Of a stretch of 64,000 nucleotides of DNA, positions 42,675 through 57,274 are shown piece by piece; position 1 is the first letter of the stretch; each line of letters begins with the position of its first letter. The DNA comes from Eledone cirrhosa (Eukaryota). The stretch spans positions 301,072,001-301,136,000 of the forward strand of contig OZ024743.1 of assembly GCA_964016885.1 (NCBI GenBank), in the 5' to 3' direction. Both the position numbers and the translations under genes were made by a program. The notes under the pieces are model-generated. The model made no database searches and was not told where the DNA came from. It worked only from the letters and a program-made list of their open reading frames with translations.

Positions 42675-45600
42675 ACAATTAAGTTAAAAATGTACATCCA
42701 CATATGTATACTGAAATACTAGTATGCATATGAATACACACACGTGTACATATGTAGATGTACCGAGTTTTTCACTGGACACTTTACTGTGAGTGTCCAG
42801 CTATTCTGTATGTAAACACACAGACAAACCGGTTTTTAGAGTCATACTGGTTTTCGAGGAAACACCTTTCCTCTATTCTCCAGAAAGCCAGACAAGGAAT
42901 ATTGGACTAGTTTCGATGTTGTTACATCTCATCAGCAACATTTACCTATCTTCCGGCCTTTCTAGAGAATCGTAAAAGCACATATCGTTATATGCTTTTT
43001 CTATGAAAATTAGTAGTGGGCAGACTAATTTGCATAGAGCGTGAGTACATACCGGTTCGGCGGAGACGATAAAAACAAATAACGAAACGAAATTAAATTT
43101 CGTTTCGTTTGTAACTCACTTTTGTATGACTGACGCTTAAACAATTAAGTTAAAAATGTACATCCACATATGTATACTGAAATACTAGTATGCATATGAA
43201 TACACACACGTGTACATATGTAGATGTACCGAGTTTTTCACTGGACACTTTACTGTGAGTGTCCAGCTATTCTGTATGTAAACACACAGACAAACCGGTT
43301 TTTAGAGTCATACTGGTTTTCGAGGAAACACCTTTCCTCTATTCTCCAGAAAGCCAGACAAGGAATATTGGACTAGTTTCGATGTTGTTACATCTCATCA
43401 GCAACATTTACCTATCTTCCGGCCTTTCTAGAGAATCGTAAAAGCACATATCGTTATATGCTTTTTCTATGAAAATTAGTAGTGGGCAGACTAATTTGCA
43501 TAGAGCGTGAGTACATACCGGTTCAGCGGAGACGATAAAAACAAATAACGAAACGAAATTAAATTTCGTTTCGTTTGTAACTCACTTTTGTATGACTGAC
43601 GCTTAAACAATTAAGTTAAAAATGTACATCCACATATGTATACTGAAATACTAGTATGCATATGAATACACACACGTGTACATATGTAGATGTACCGAGT
43701 TTTTCACTGGACACTTTACTGTGAGTGTCCAGCTATTCTGTATGTAAACACACAGACAAACCGGTTTTTAGAGTCATACTGGTTTTCGAGGAAACACCTT
43801 TCCTCTATTCTCCAGAAAGCCAGACAAGGAATATTGGACTAGTTTCGATGTTGTTACATCTCATCAGCAACATTTACCTATCTTCCGGCCTTTCTAGAGA
43901 ATCGTAAAAGCACATATCGTTATATGCTTTTTCTATGAAAATTAGTAGTGGGCAGACTAATTTGCATAGAGCGTGAGTACATACCGGTTCAGCGGAGACG
44001 ATAAAAACAAATAACGAAACGAAATTAAATTTCGTTTCGTTTGTAACTCACTTTTGTATGACTGACGCTTAAACAATTAAGTTAAAAATGTACATCCACA
44101 TATGTATACTGAAATACTAGTATGCATATGAATACACACACGTGTACATATGTAGATGTACCGAGTTTTTCACTGGACACTTTACTGTGAGTGTCCAGCT
44201 ATTCTGTATGTAAACACACAGACAAACCGGTTTTTAGAGTCATACTGGTTTTCGAGGAAACACCTTTCCTCTATTCTCCAGAAAGCCAGACAAGGAATAT
44301 TGGACTAGTTTCGATGTTGTTACATCTCATCAGCAACATTTACCTATCTTCCGGCCTTTCTAGAGAATCGTAAAAGCACATATCGTTATATGCTTTTTCT
44401 ATGAAAATTAGTAGTGGGCAGACTAATTTGCATAGAGCGTGAGTACATACCGGTTCAGCGGAGACGATAAAAACAAATAACGAAACGAAATTAAATTTCG
44501 TTTCGTTTGTAACTCACTTTTGTATGACTGACGCTTAAACAATTAAGTTAAAAATGTACATCCACATTTCTGGAGAATAGAGGAAAGGTGTTTCCTCGAA
44601 AACCAGTATGACTCTAAAAACCGGTTTGTCTGTGTGTTTACATACAGAATAGCTGGACACTCACAGTAAAGTGTCCAGTGAAAAACTCGGTACATCTACA
44701 TATGTACACGTGTGTGTATTCATATGCATACTAGTATTTCAGTATACATATGTGGATGTACATTTTTAACTTAATTGTTTAAGCGTCAGTCATACAAAAG
44801 TGAGTTACAAACGAAACGAAATTTAATTTCGTTTCGTTATTTGTTTTTATCGTCTCCGCTGAACCGGTATGTACTCACGCTCTATGCAAATTAGTCTGCC
44901 CACTACTAATTTTCATAGAAAAAGCATATAACGATATGTGCTTTTACGATTCTCTAGAAAGGCCGGAAGATAGGTAAATGTTGCTGATGAGATGTAACAA
45001 CATCGAAACTAGTCCAATATTCCTTGTCTGGCTTTCTGGAGAATAGAGGAAAGGTGTTTCCTCGAAAACCAGTATGACTCTAAAAACCGGTTTGTCTGTG
45101 TGTTTACATACAGAATAGCTGGACACTCACAGTAAAGTGTCCAGTGAAAAACTCGGTACATCTACATATGTACACGTGTGTGTATTCATATGCATACTAG
45201 TATTTCAGTATACATATGTGGATGTACATTTTTAACTTAATTGTTTAAGCGTCAGTCATACAAAAGTGAGTTACAAACGAAACGAAATTTAATTTCGTTT
45301 CGTTATTTGTTTTTATCGTCTCCGCTGAACCGGTATGTACTCACGCTCTATGCAAATTAGTCTGCCCACTACTAATTTTCATAGAAAAAGCATATAACGA
45401 TATGTGCTTTTACGATTCTCTAGAAAGGCCGGAAGATAGGTAAATGTTGCTGATGAGATGTAACAACATCGAAACTAGTCCAATATTCCTTGTCTGGCTT
45501 TCTGGAGAATAGAGGAAAGGTGTTTCCTCGAAAACCAGTATGACTCTAAAAACCGGTTTGTCTGTGTGTTTACATACAGAATAGCTGGACACTCACAGTA

Positions 45601-48600
45601 AAGTGTCCAGTGAAAAACTCGGTACATCTACATATGTACACGTGTGTGTATTCATATGCATACTAGTATTTCAGTATACATATGTGGATGTACATTTTTA
45701 ACTTAATTGTTTAAGCGTCAGTCATACAAAAGTGAGTTACAAACGAAACGAAATTTAATTTCGTTTCGTTATTTGTTTTTATCGTCTCCGCTGAACCGGT
45801 ATGTACTCACGCTCTATGCAAATTAGTCTGCCCACTACTAATTTTCATAGAAAAAGCATATAACGATATGTGCTTTTACGATTCTCTAGAAAGGCCGGAA
45901 GATAGGTAAATGTTGCTGATGAGATGTAACAACATCGAAACTAGTCCAATATTCCTTGTCTGGCTTTCTGGAGAATAGAGGAAAGGTGTTTCCTCGAAAA
46001 CCAGTATGACTCTAAAAACCGGTTTGTCTGTGTGTTTACATACAGAATAGCTGGACACTCACAGTAAAGTGTCCAGTGAAAAACTCGGTACATCTACATA
46101 TGTACACGTGTGTGTATTCATATGCATACTAGTATTTCAGTATACATATGTGGATGTACATTTTTAACTTAATTGTTTAAGCGTCAGTCATACAAAAGTG
46201 AGTTACAAACGAAACGAAATTTAATTTCGTTTCGTTATTTGTTTTTATCGTCTCCGCTGAACCGGTATGTACTCACGCTCTATGCAAATTAGTCTGCCCA
46301 CTACTAATTTTCATAGAAAAAGCATATAACGATATGTGCTTTTACGATTCTCTAGAAAGGCCGGAAGATAGGTAAATGTTGCTGATGAGATGTAACAACA
46401 TCGAAACTAGTCCAATATTCCTTGTCTGGCTTTCTGGAGAATAGAGGAAAGGTGTTTCCTCGAAAACCAGTATGACTCTAAAAACCGGTTTGTCTGTGTG
46501 TTTACATACAGAATAGCTGGACACTCACAGTAAAGTGTCCAGTGAAAAACTCGGTACATCTACATATGTACACGTGTGTGTATTCATATGCATACTAGTA
46601 TTTCAGTATACATATGTGGATGTACATTTTTAACTTAATTGTTTAAGCGTCAGTCATACAAAAGTGAGTTACAAACGAAACGAAATTTAATTTCGTTTCG
46701 TTATTTGTTTTTATCGTCTCCGCTGAACCGGTATGTACTCACGCTCTATGCAAATTAGTCTGCCCACTACTAATTTTCATAGAAAAAGCATATAACGATA
46801 TGTGCTTTTACGATTCTCTAGAAAGGCCGGAAGATAGGTAAATGTTGCTGATGAGATGTAACAACATCGAAACTAGTCCAATATTCCTTGTCTGGCTTTC
46901 TGGAGAATAGAGGAAAGGTGTTTCCTCGAAAACCAGTATGACTCTAAAAACCGGTTTGTCTGTGTGTTTACATACAGAATAGCTGGACACTCACAGTAAA
47001 GTGTCCAGTGAAAAACTCGGTACATCTACATATGTACACGTGTGTGTATTCATATGCATACTAGTATTTCAGTATACATATGTGGATGTACATTTTTAAC
47101 TTAATTGTTTAAGCGTCAGTCATACAAAAGTGAGTTACAAACGAAACGAAATTTAATTTCGTTTCGTTATTTGTTTTTATCGTCTCCGCTGAACCGGTAT
47201 GTACTCACGCTCTATGCAAATTAGTCTGCCCACTACTAATTTTCATAGAAAAAGCATATAACGATATGTGCTTTTACGATTCTCTAGAAAGGCCGGAAGA
47301 TAGGTAAATGTTGCTGATGAGATGTAACAACATCGAAACTAGTCCAATATTCCTTGTCTGGCTTTCTGGAGAATAGAGGAAAGGTGTTTCCTCGAAAACC
47401 AGTATGACTCTAAAAACCGGTTTGTCTGTGTGTTTACATACAGAATAGCTGGACACTCACAGTAAAGTGTCCAGTGAAAAACTCGGTACATCTACATATG
47501 TACACGTGTGTGTATTCATATGCATACTAGTATTTCAGTATACATATGTGGATGTACATTTTTAACTTAATTGTTTAAGCGTCAGTCATACAAAAGTGAG
47601 TTACAAACGAAACGAAATTTAATTTCGTTTCGTTATTTGTTTTTATCGTCTCCGCCGAACCGGTATGTACTCACGCTCTATGCAAATTAGTCTGCCCACT
47701 ACTAATTTTCATAGAAAAAGCATATAACGATATGTGCTTTTACGATTCTCTAGAAAGGCCGGAAGATAGGTAAATGTTGCTGATGAGATGTAACAACATC
47801 GAAACTAGTCCAATATTCCTTGTCTGGCTTTCTGGAGAATAGAGGAAAGGTGTTTCCTCGAAAACCAGTATGACTCTAAAAACCGGTTTGTCTGTGTGTT
47901 TACATACAGAATAGCTGGACACTCACAGTAAAGTGTCCAGTGAAAAACTCGGTACATCTACATATGTACACGTGTGTGTATTCATATGCATACTAGTATT
48001 TCAGTATACATATGTGGATGTACATTTTTAACTTAATTGTTTAAGCGTCAGTCATACAAAAGTGAGTTACAAACGAAACGGAATTTAATTTCGTTTCGTT
48101 ATTTGTTTTTATCGTCTCCGCTGAACCGGTATGTACTCACGCTCTATGCAAATTAGTCTGCCCACTACTAATTTTCATAGAAAAAGCATATAACGATATG
48201 TGCTTTTACGATTCTCTAGAAAGGCCGGAAGATAGGTAAATGTTGCTGATGAGATGTAACAACATCGAAACTAGTCCAATATTCCTTGTCTGGCTTTCTG
48301 GAGAATAGAGGAAAGGTGTTTCCTCGAAAACCAGTATGACTCTAAAAACCGGTTTGTCTGTGTGTTTACATACAGAATAGCTGGACACTCACAGTAAAGT
48401 GTCCAGTGAAAAACTCGGTACATCTACATATGTACACGTGTGTGTATTCATATGCATACTAGTATTTCAGTATACATATGTGGATGTACATTTTTAACTT
48501 AATTGTTTAAGCGTCAGTCATACAAAAGTGAGTTACAAACGAAACGAAATTTAATTTCGTTTCGTTATTTGTTTTTATCGTCTCCGCTGAACCGGTATGT

Positions 48601-50908
48601 ACTCACGCTCTATGCAAATTAGTCTGCCCACTACTAATTTTCATAGAAAAAGCATATAACGATATGTGCTTTTACGATTCTCTAGAAAGGCCGGAAGATA
48701 GGTAAATGTTGCTGATGAGATGTAACAACATCGAAACTAGTCCAATATTCCTTGTCTGGCCTTCTGGAGAATAGAGGAAAGGTGTTTCCTCGAAAACCAG
48801 TATGACTCTAAAAACCGGTTTGTCTGTGTGTTTACATACAGAATAGCTGGACACTCACAGTAAAGTGTCCAGTGAAAAACTCGGTACATCTACATATGTA
48901 CACGTGTGTGTATTCATATGCATACTAGTATTTCAGTATACATATGTGGATGTACATTTTTAACTTAATTGTTTAAGCGTCAGTCATACAAAAGTGAGTT
49001 ACAAACGAAACGAAATTTAATTTCGTTTCGTTATTTGTTTTTATCGTCTCCGCCGAACCGGTATGTACTCACGCTCTATGCAAATTAGTCTGCCCACTAC
49101 TAATTTTCATAGAAAAAGCATATAACGATATGTGCTTTTACGATTCTCTAGAAAGGCCGGAAGATAGGTAAATGTTGCTGATGAGATGTAACAACATCGA
49201 AACTAGTCCAATATTCCTTGTCTGGCTTTCTGGAGAATAGAGGAAAGGTGTTTCCTCGAAAACCAGTATGACTCTAAAAACCGGTTTGTCTGTGTGTTTA
49301 TATACAGAATAGCTGGACACTCACAGTAAAGTGTCCAGTGAAAAACTCGGTACATCTACATATGTACACGTGTGTGTATTCATATGCATACTAGTATTTC
49401 AGTATACATATGTGGATGTACATTTTTAACTTAATTGTTTAAGCGTCAGTCATACAAAAGTGAGTTACAAACGAAACGGAATTTAATTTCGTTTCGTTAT
49501 TTGTTTTTATCGTCTCCGCTGAACCGGTATGTACTCACGCTCTATGCAAATTAGTCTGCCCACTACTAATTTTCATAGAAAAAGCATATAACGATATGTG
49601 CTTTTACGATTCTCTAGAAAGGCCGGAAGATAGGTAAATGTTGCTGATGAGATGTAACAACATCGAAACTAGTCCAATATTCCTTGTCTGGCTTTCTGGA
49701 GAATAGAGGAAAGGTGTTTCCTCGAAAACCAGTATGACTCTAAAAACCGGTTTGTCTGTGTGTTTACATACAGAATAGCTGGACACTCACAGTAAAGTGT
49801 CCAGTGAAAAACTCGGTACATCTACATATGTACACGTGTGTGTATTCATATGCATACTAGTATTTCAGTATACATATGTGGATGTACATTTTTAACTTAA
49901 TTGTTTAAGCGTCAGTCATACAAAAGTGAGTTACAAACGAAACGAAATTTAATTTCGTTTCGTTATTTGTTTTTATCGTCTCCGCCGAACCGGTATGTAC
50001 TCACGCTCTATGCAAATTAGTCTGCCCACTACTAATTTTCATAGAAAAAGCATATAACGATATGTGCTTTTACGATTCTCTAGAAAGGCCGGAAGATAGG
50101 TAAATGTTGCTGATGAGATGTAACAACATCGAAACTAGTCCAATATTCCTTGTCTGGCTTTCTGGAGAATAGAGGAAAGGTGTTTCCTCGAAAACCAGTA
50201 TGACTCTAAAAACCGGTTTGTCTGTGTGTTTACATACAGAATAGCTGGACACTCACAGTAAAGTGTCCAGTGAAAAACTCGGTACATCTACATATGTACA
50301 CGTGTGTGTATTCATATGCATACTAGTATTTCAGTATACATATGTGGATGTACATTTTTAACTTAATTGTTTAAGCGTCAGTCATACAAAAGTGAGTTAC
50401 AAACGAAACGGAATTTAATTTCGTTTCGTTATTTGTTTTTATCGTCTCCGCTGAACCGGTATGTACTCACGCTCTATGCAAATTAGTCTGCCCACTACTA
50501 ATTTTCATAGAAAAAGCATATAACGATATGTGCTTTTACGATTCTCTAGAAAGGCCGGAAGATAGGTAAATGTTGCTGATGAGATGTAACAACATCGAAA
50601 CTAGTCCAATATTCCTTGTCTGGCTTTCTGGAGAATAGAGGAAAGGTGTTTCCTCGAAAACCAGTATGACTCTAAAAACCGGTTTGTCTGTGTGTTTACA
50701 TACAGAATAGCTGGACACTCACAGTAAAGTGTCCAGTGAAAAACTCGGTACATCTACATATGTACACGTGTGTGTATTCATATGCATACTAGTATTTCAG
50801 TATACATATGTGGATGTACATTTTTAACTTAATTGTTTAAGCGTCAGTCATACAAAAGTGAGTTACAAACGAAACGAAATTTAATTTCGTTTCGTTATTT
50901 GTTTTTAT
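42675..50908. repeat. 466-bp tandem array carrying one hammerhead ribozyme per unit (putative non-LTR retrozyme); left arm ~4.06 units, right arm ~13.6 units in opposite orientation
   Basis: Units start ACAATTAAG at 42675, 43141, 43607, 44073 and 44539 (period 466). Orientation flips at ~44567 and the array runs to 50908. ORF track repeats every 466 nt (4 on +, 13 on -). Both ends abut (TA)n. Confidence 0.97.
44954..45039 (+). ncRNA. Type I hammerhead ribozyme (first of 13 + strand copies at 466-nt spacing; 4 more on - strand in the left arm)
   Basis: AATGTTG-CTGATGA(44984-90)-GATGT aaca ACATC-GAAAC-TA-GTC-CAATATT: canonical core, 5-bp stem II, palindromic ACTAGT stem III, stem I extended by CTAGAAAGGCCGGA/TCTGGCTTTCTGG. 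Predicted cleavage after C45014. Confidence 0.93.
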
Positions 50909-50930
50909 ATATATATATATATATATATAT

Positions 50931-52373
<1,443 letters not shown>

Positions 52374-53053
52374 TGTGTGCATGTGTGTGTGTGTGTGAAT
52401 GTCTGTTGACACATGGAATATAGCTTAAGAGAAATATGACAATAATGATATGAAAGGCGCCCAATATTTTGAACTGGTTTATAGAATTCTCGTGGCCTTT
52501 GTCACTCTAAGTAGTGCTTTAAATATTAGATCTTAAAGAATTTCCCTTTTCTTTAAATCCATCAATCATGACAGACCCCCCAACCATCTTATAGACACCT
52601 GAAATATAGTCATTTAGCTTAAGAGAAACTTAAAAATAAGGAGTGGCACCTCATTCTGAAAATGTTTATAGAGTTCTTTCCGCCTTTGTCACTCTAAATA
52701 TAAATTATAGCCTTAAAGAATTAGCTTTTAATGAATTCCCTTTTCTTTCAACGAATGACCTCCACCCATCCCACTCGCCACCCTCTCCTACCACCTAAAA
52801 AGATATAAAAACCACAACATATATTTTTGGAAAGCCAGATTCTTGCTGATTTCTAAAGAATGAAACAGTTCCAGTCCTGTAGAATATCATCTATATTAAA
52901 ACATATATATATATATATATATGCAAAAGTTTTATTTAAAATTGTTGGGTCACAACGAGTAAATATTTTATAACTGATATAAAAGCACTCAACAGTTTCT
53001 GGAGTAGGTTTACGATATTAAATAAATGGAAACTATATTTATAAAACCATATT

Positions 53054-53119
53054 TATTTCGTTATATATATTTCTGGGATATCATATTAAAAATATGGTAT
53101 GCCTTCCTCAGACAAAATA
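53054..53119 (-). ncRNA. Type I hammerhead in PLE 3' terminal repeat
   Basis: Minus strand TATTTTGT-CTGAGGA-AGGCATACCATATT...AATATGATATCCCA-GAAAT ATAT ATA-ACGAAATA. Confidence 0.72.
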
Positions 53120-55014
53120 CAATACATAAGCTGTTTTATAAATAATTTTGTCATACCTTATAATAATGCAACTTCCATTTAAATAGTTGATTTGGTAGTG
53201 AAATTGTTATGACAGTTATATAGAAAGAAAAACGAAGATGAAAAGAAGAAGATGAAGAGATGTATGTAAATAAAAAAAGAAGAAGATGAAGAGATGTATG
53301 TAAAGAAAAACAACAGAGCGAGATAGAGAGAGAAGGAGATATGGGAGAGAGAAATACATTGAGGAAGTGAAAAAATATAGTAGGCAGCTTTTGGACAGAT
53401 GATCATCGTATATGTGAGAGGTTAAGGAGGGAAGGGATACAGTTAAACTAGCCGACACATAAATCACGTCGAGTGTAGAGGAGAAAAAGAAAGAAAGATG
53501 ATATATTTAAAATATATTAAAAATATATTATGTCTCATCCATTTGAATTATCAATTTTTATGAATTAGGTATTATAATGTAAATATCAGTATTCATGAAT
53601 GAGACACATATCCATAATGTGTGAAAAAATGACCCCATGCTTAGTTTAAAAATTCTTAGGTCTATAAGCAAAATCTGAGATAAAACTTCAAACATAAGTA
53701 TATATGCATTCTCATGAAAAAAGAAAAAAGAGAAAAGAGAAGGTTATCTCAAATTCAAGTTGATAAATATAGACACACATGTGAACCTACGTGATATGCT
53801 CCAAAGATTCTTATATTTCATGAAAATCTTCATTGCGTTACAAAAGATTCCACCCTACATATATTTACATACATATATACATATATATAGACATAACATA
53901 TATAAGATATACATTAACATTTAAAGTAACATTCCTGCCTCAATTGCATGATTATCGATCAAGCATAGAATAGACAACAGATATCAATATTAAAAATTAA
54001 AAACGCCAAGAATATCTTCGTCACTCCACAGAGTATCTAGGGACGCAAGAGAACATAGTATGCCACGCATATCAGTCACATAAAATCAGAATCAAAAGCA
54101 AACAAAACCAAAATTGTTCACCAAGCCTTATTTAGCAGAAATCATTCAAAACTTATTCTACAAATGCTCTTATATTTATTATAGAAGTTTATCCAGCTTA
54201 AAAATTTATTCAAAAGATTGGGAACATCGCCAATTTTAGGGTAGTTTATTTAATCTCATTAATTATATATTCATGCAGAAAGGTTTTAAAAAAAATTGAA
54301 GGAATCGAAATATTTATCGCCAAGTTTCATAAATAGTTAAATATCTTAAGTAAATATACTACATTTTATACTACATTTTAAATTTATATTTATATTTAAA
54401 AGTTGAGTTCAATCTATGTCTGCAGCAGCTGAATAAATTGGTTCGTAAATTAAGGGAATTTTTAGATTTTAGTATAAAGAATAGCTCCTCCGCGCAGAGG
54501 TCACATGTCTCAGAAGAGGAATTAAAAGGAATCCCTTTTGAGACTATATTCCAAACCATCGAATATCCAACTTTATCATGTTTAAGTTGCCAGAGTAAGC
54601 CTGACAGCGATGTTGAAGATTTTTTATTTGGATCCGTGAAAGAATTTTTGTGATTATTATAGCGAAGTTTAAATTCTGTCGAGGTGGAACCAACATAATT
54701 AAAAGAATTTAAATCAGTTTTAACATTACAGTTGTATATTATATTTTTAACTAAGCAATTGTTATTTAGCGGACATTTAGATCTATCTCTACAGTTACAG
54801 TTTTTTACTTGAATATTGTTTAGGCTATTTTCGGTATTTTGGCTAGGTTTTAGATTCCTATTATTTATTCTATTAATATTTTGTGCTAAATTTTTTGTGG
54901 ACGAGTACGTTAATTTTATAGTATGTCTATTGAAAATTGAGTGATACTTATGTGTTCTAGGGAAGCGTTTGTCAAGAGCATTAAAAAATAGTTTAGCGAT
55001 GTGGGTTTTAATGT

Positions 55015-56073
55015 TTAGTGAGAAGGGGGGGGGGGGGCAAACCATATTATATTTCTAGTTCTATTTCTTTTCTGGTTTTTGGAATTATTGTAGTGCTTTC
55101 TATTATAGTTGTTAAAGTTGTTACTGTAATTAAAATTGTTGTTATTTTGGTTAGTTTGTCTATTATCGATGTACATAATGTTATCACTATATCCTGCTCT
55201 AGCTAACGCTTCATTATAATACTGGGCTTTTTCGTCAAAAATATTTTTATTGGAAGAGATTCTAGAGATACGTTTTTGAACAGAGTTCACTATAGTATTT
55301 TTGACAAATCTGGGGTGATTGGAGCTAAAATTGACATAATTCAAGTTTTCATTTAACTTGTGAAATGGATAGTGAAGACATGTGTTGAGATTTAATGTTA
55401 CGTCTAGGAAATTGACTATTCTATGGTTATTCTCAATTTCTATTTTTAGATTAAAGTAATTAAAAAATTGTATAATTTGTTTTCTTTTCTTATTTAGTTC
55501 AGAGTTATTATTTTCAATAAGTAAAAGCATGTCATCTCTATATAAACCTCCGGTAACACCGGGTATTTTCCTATGCAGCGAATTAATTATAAATAGGCCC
55601 ACAAGGTCCGTTACCTGAGCTGAGTCTGATGATCCCATAGTAATGTCGAAATTATTATCTCTATCTGCCCTAGTCCATAGTTGGTTATTAAATTCTATCA
55701 AAGTTTTCCTTGCCGATAATATAATGTGCATTTCATTGCTAGTTAGGTCTGTATGCTTGAATGCGTAATTTAGTGCCTTATTTAGTAGATTAGGGGTAAT
55801 GGATGAATAGTAGTTAGCAATATCTAGTTGAATAAATTTATTATTATTGTTATATTTAATTTCATTAAACCACTCAATGACCTCCCCAGTTCCCTTCCAC
55901 AAGGTCAAGCCAGGTAAACAATTCAAGTCCTTAATTTGCTGTATCACTCTGTCTAGAATGTTCTTGCTAAGTTTACCAAGGTCAGATTTTGATGGTGCAA
56001 TCAACCTGACTGGCAAGTCATTTTCAAAATTTCTCTTGTGATCTTTCATATTGATCTTGGGTTTCCTGGGCAC
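55015..56073 (-). pseudogene. PLE reverse transcriptase domain
   Basis: LDIANYYSSI, ITMGSSDS and YRDD catalytic motifs. Frameshift at a poly-G run near 55025. Confidence 0.88.
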
Positions 56074-56673
56074 GAAAGGTTATGTTTTGTTCTCAATTTC
56101 CAACTCATGCATTATACGTTCAGCCTTATCTGCTACCTTGTACTTTTTCCTTAGTTCTTTCAGTATGAGGCCATTATACATGTCTTTATCCACTCCATAG
56201 AGGTTGTCGGTTTTGTCCGATTTCACCAAGATCTTCTCTGTTCTCTCTCAGCTCGCAATGTTATCCTTAATGCTTTTCAGATATTCCTGGCCATTGAAGT
56301 TTCTCTTAAATCTGACTCCTTGTATGATAGAAATTATATCGTTTTCAAAATCATTCAAAAGTTTGTTGGGGGGTGGATTTTTTTTAGATTTGAAGACTCT
56401 GTCTAGGTCTGAGACATTTTCATTTACATTAGATTTAGATTTATCAAAGTGGAATGCACGCCACCTGATTCTCCTTATAAAGGAGTCTGATTTATCTATT
56501 AGTTGTTTAATAAAGTCCTTGTTTCTAGGTAGAGGTATGTCTTTTAGAGAAGAAGAGATCTTAAAGAATTCCATTTTTTCAGTTATAATATAAAGCACTC
56601 AACGGTATCCCAGAAATATATATAACGAAATAAATATGGTTTTATAAATATAGTTTCCATTTGTTTAATATCG

Positions 56674-56704
<31 letters not shown>

Positions 56705-57223
56705 CAGGAAAGAAGGTTTACATGGTTTGCTATACAAAAAAGTTTTTATTCACATAGTTTACATTTGTTTCACTGAACTGGTCTGTCTAGAGATCGCTAT
56801 CCGCCTAATTTTGCGTCATTCGATCGCCAATACAGAATTATAACCAGTCAGATCTTCGGAGCATGCGAGAATGAAGAAAATACACAGGCAAGAAAAGACA
56901 AGAAAATATGGAGTAGTTATGGCATTCAATTAGAACAATAACAACAACAATTATTACAACAATGCTATCAATAAACTATTTAAGGAGACCCTGACATTAC
57001 TTAGGTGGGCGGTATATACTGTATCTAATGTTACGGCGTGAAAATCAGCTGTCATATGGCAAAAAGTATCGTAGTGTGTATCAATTTTAAATTATAAAGA
57101 TAAGCTAGTTTTTACAGTCTTTCTCTTCATCTTCAACAGTATACATGAGTGGGACCACTGTCAAAGCTCAATAGTTGTAGAGTTAATACAGAGGTTAACG
57201 AATTAATATACGCATATATCTAT

Positions 57224-57274
<51 letters not shown>

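Larger units (their letters stand above)
52925..56675 (-). mobile_element. Near full-length Neptune-like Penelope element with frameshifts, 5' inverted segment and 3' hammerhead
   Basis: ORFs 56248-56598, 55015-56073 and 54371-55045 give SLKDIPLP, IRWRAFHF, VRLIAPSKSDLG, GGLYRDD, FLDVTLNL, IIWFAPP, CNCRDRSKCPL, YVGST, CDLC. 56605-56675 is inverted to ~53010-53080. (TA)n flanks. Confidence 0.93.

Noticed and set aside
42793-42975. Repeated 60-aa ORF (MSSYSVCKHTD...)
   Set aside because: GTG start, antisense to the ribozyme and no recognisable domain. It recurs only because the unit repeats.
42675-50908. CRISPR array or rDNA/5S/snRNA tandem
   Set aside because: No unique spacers or cas genes, eukaryotic context, and no recognisable rRNA or snRNA sequence in the unit.
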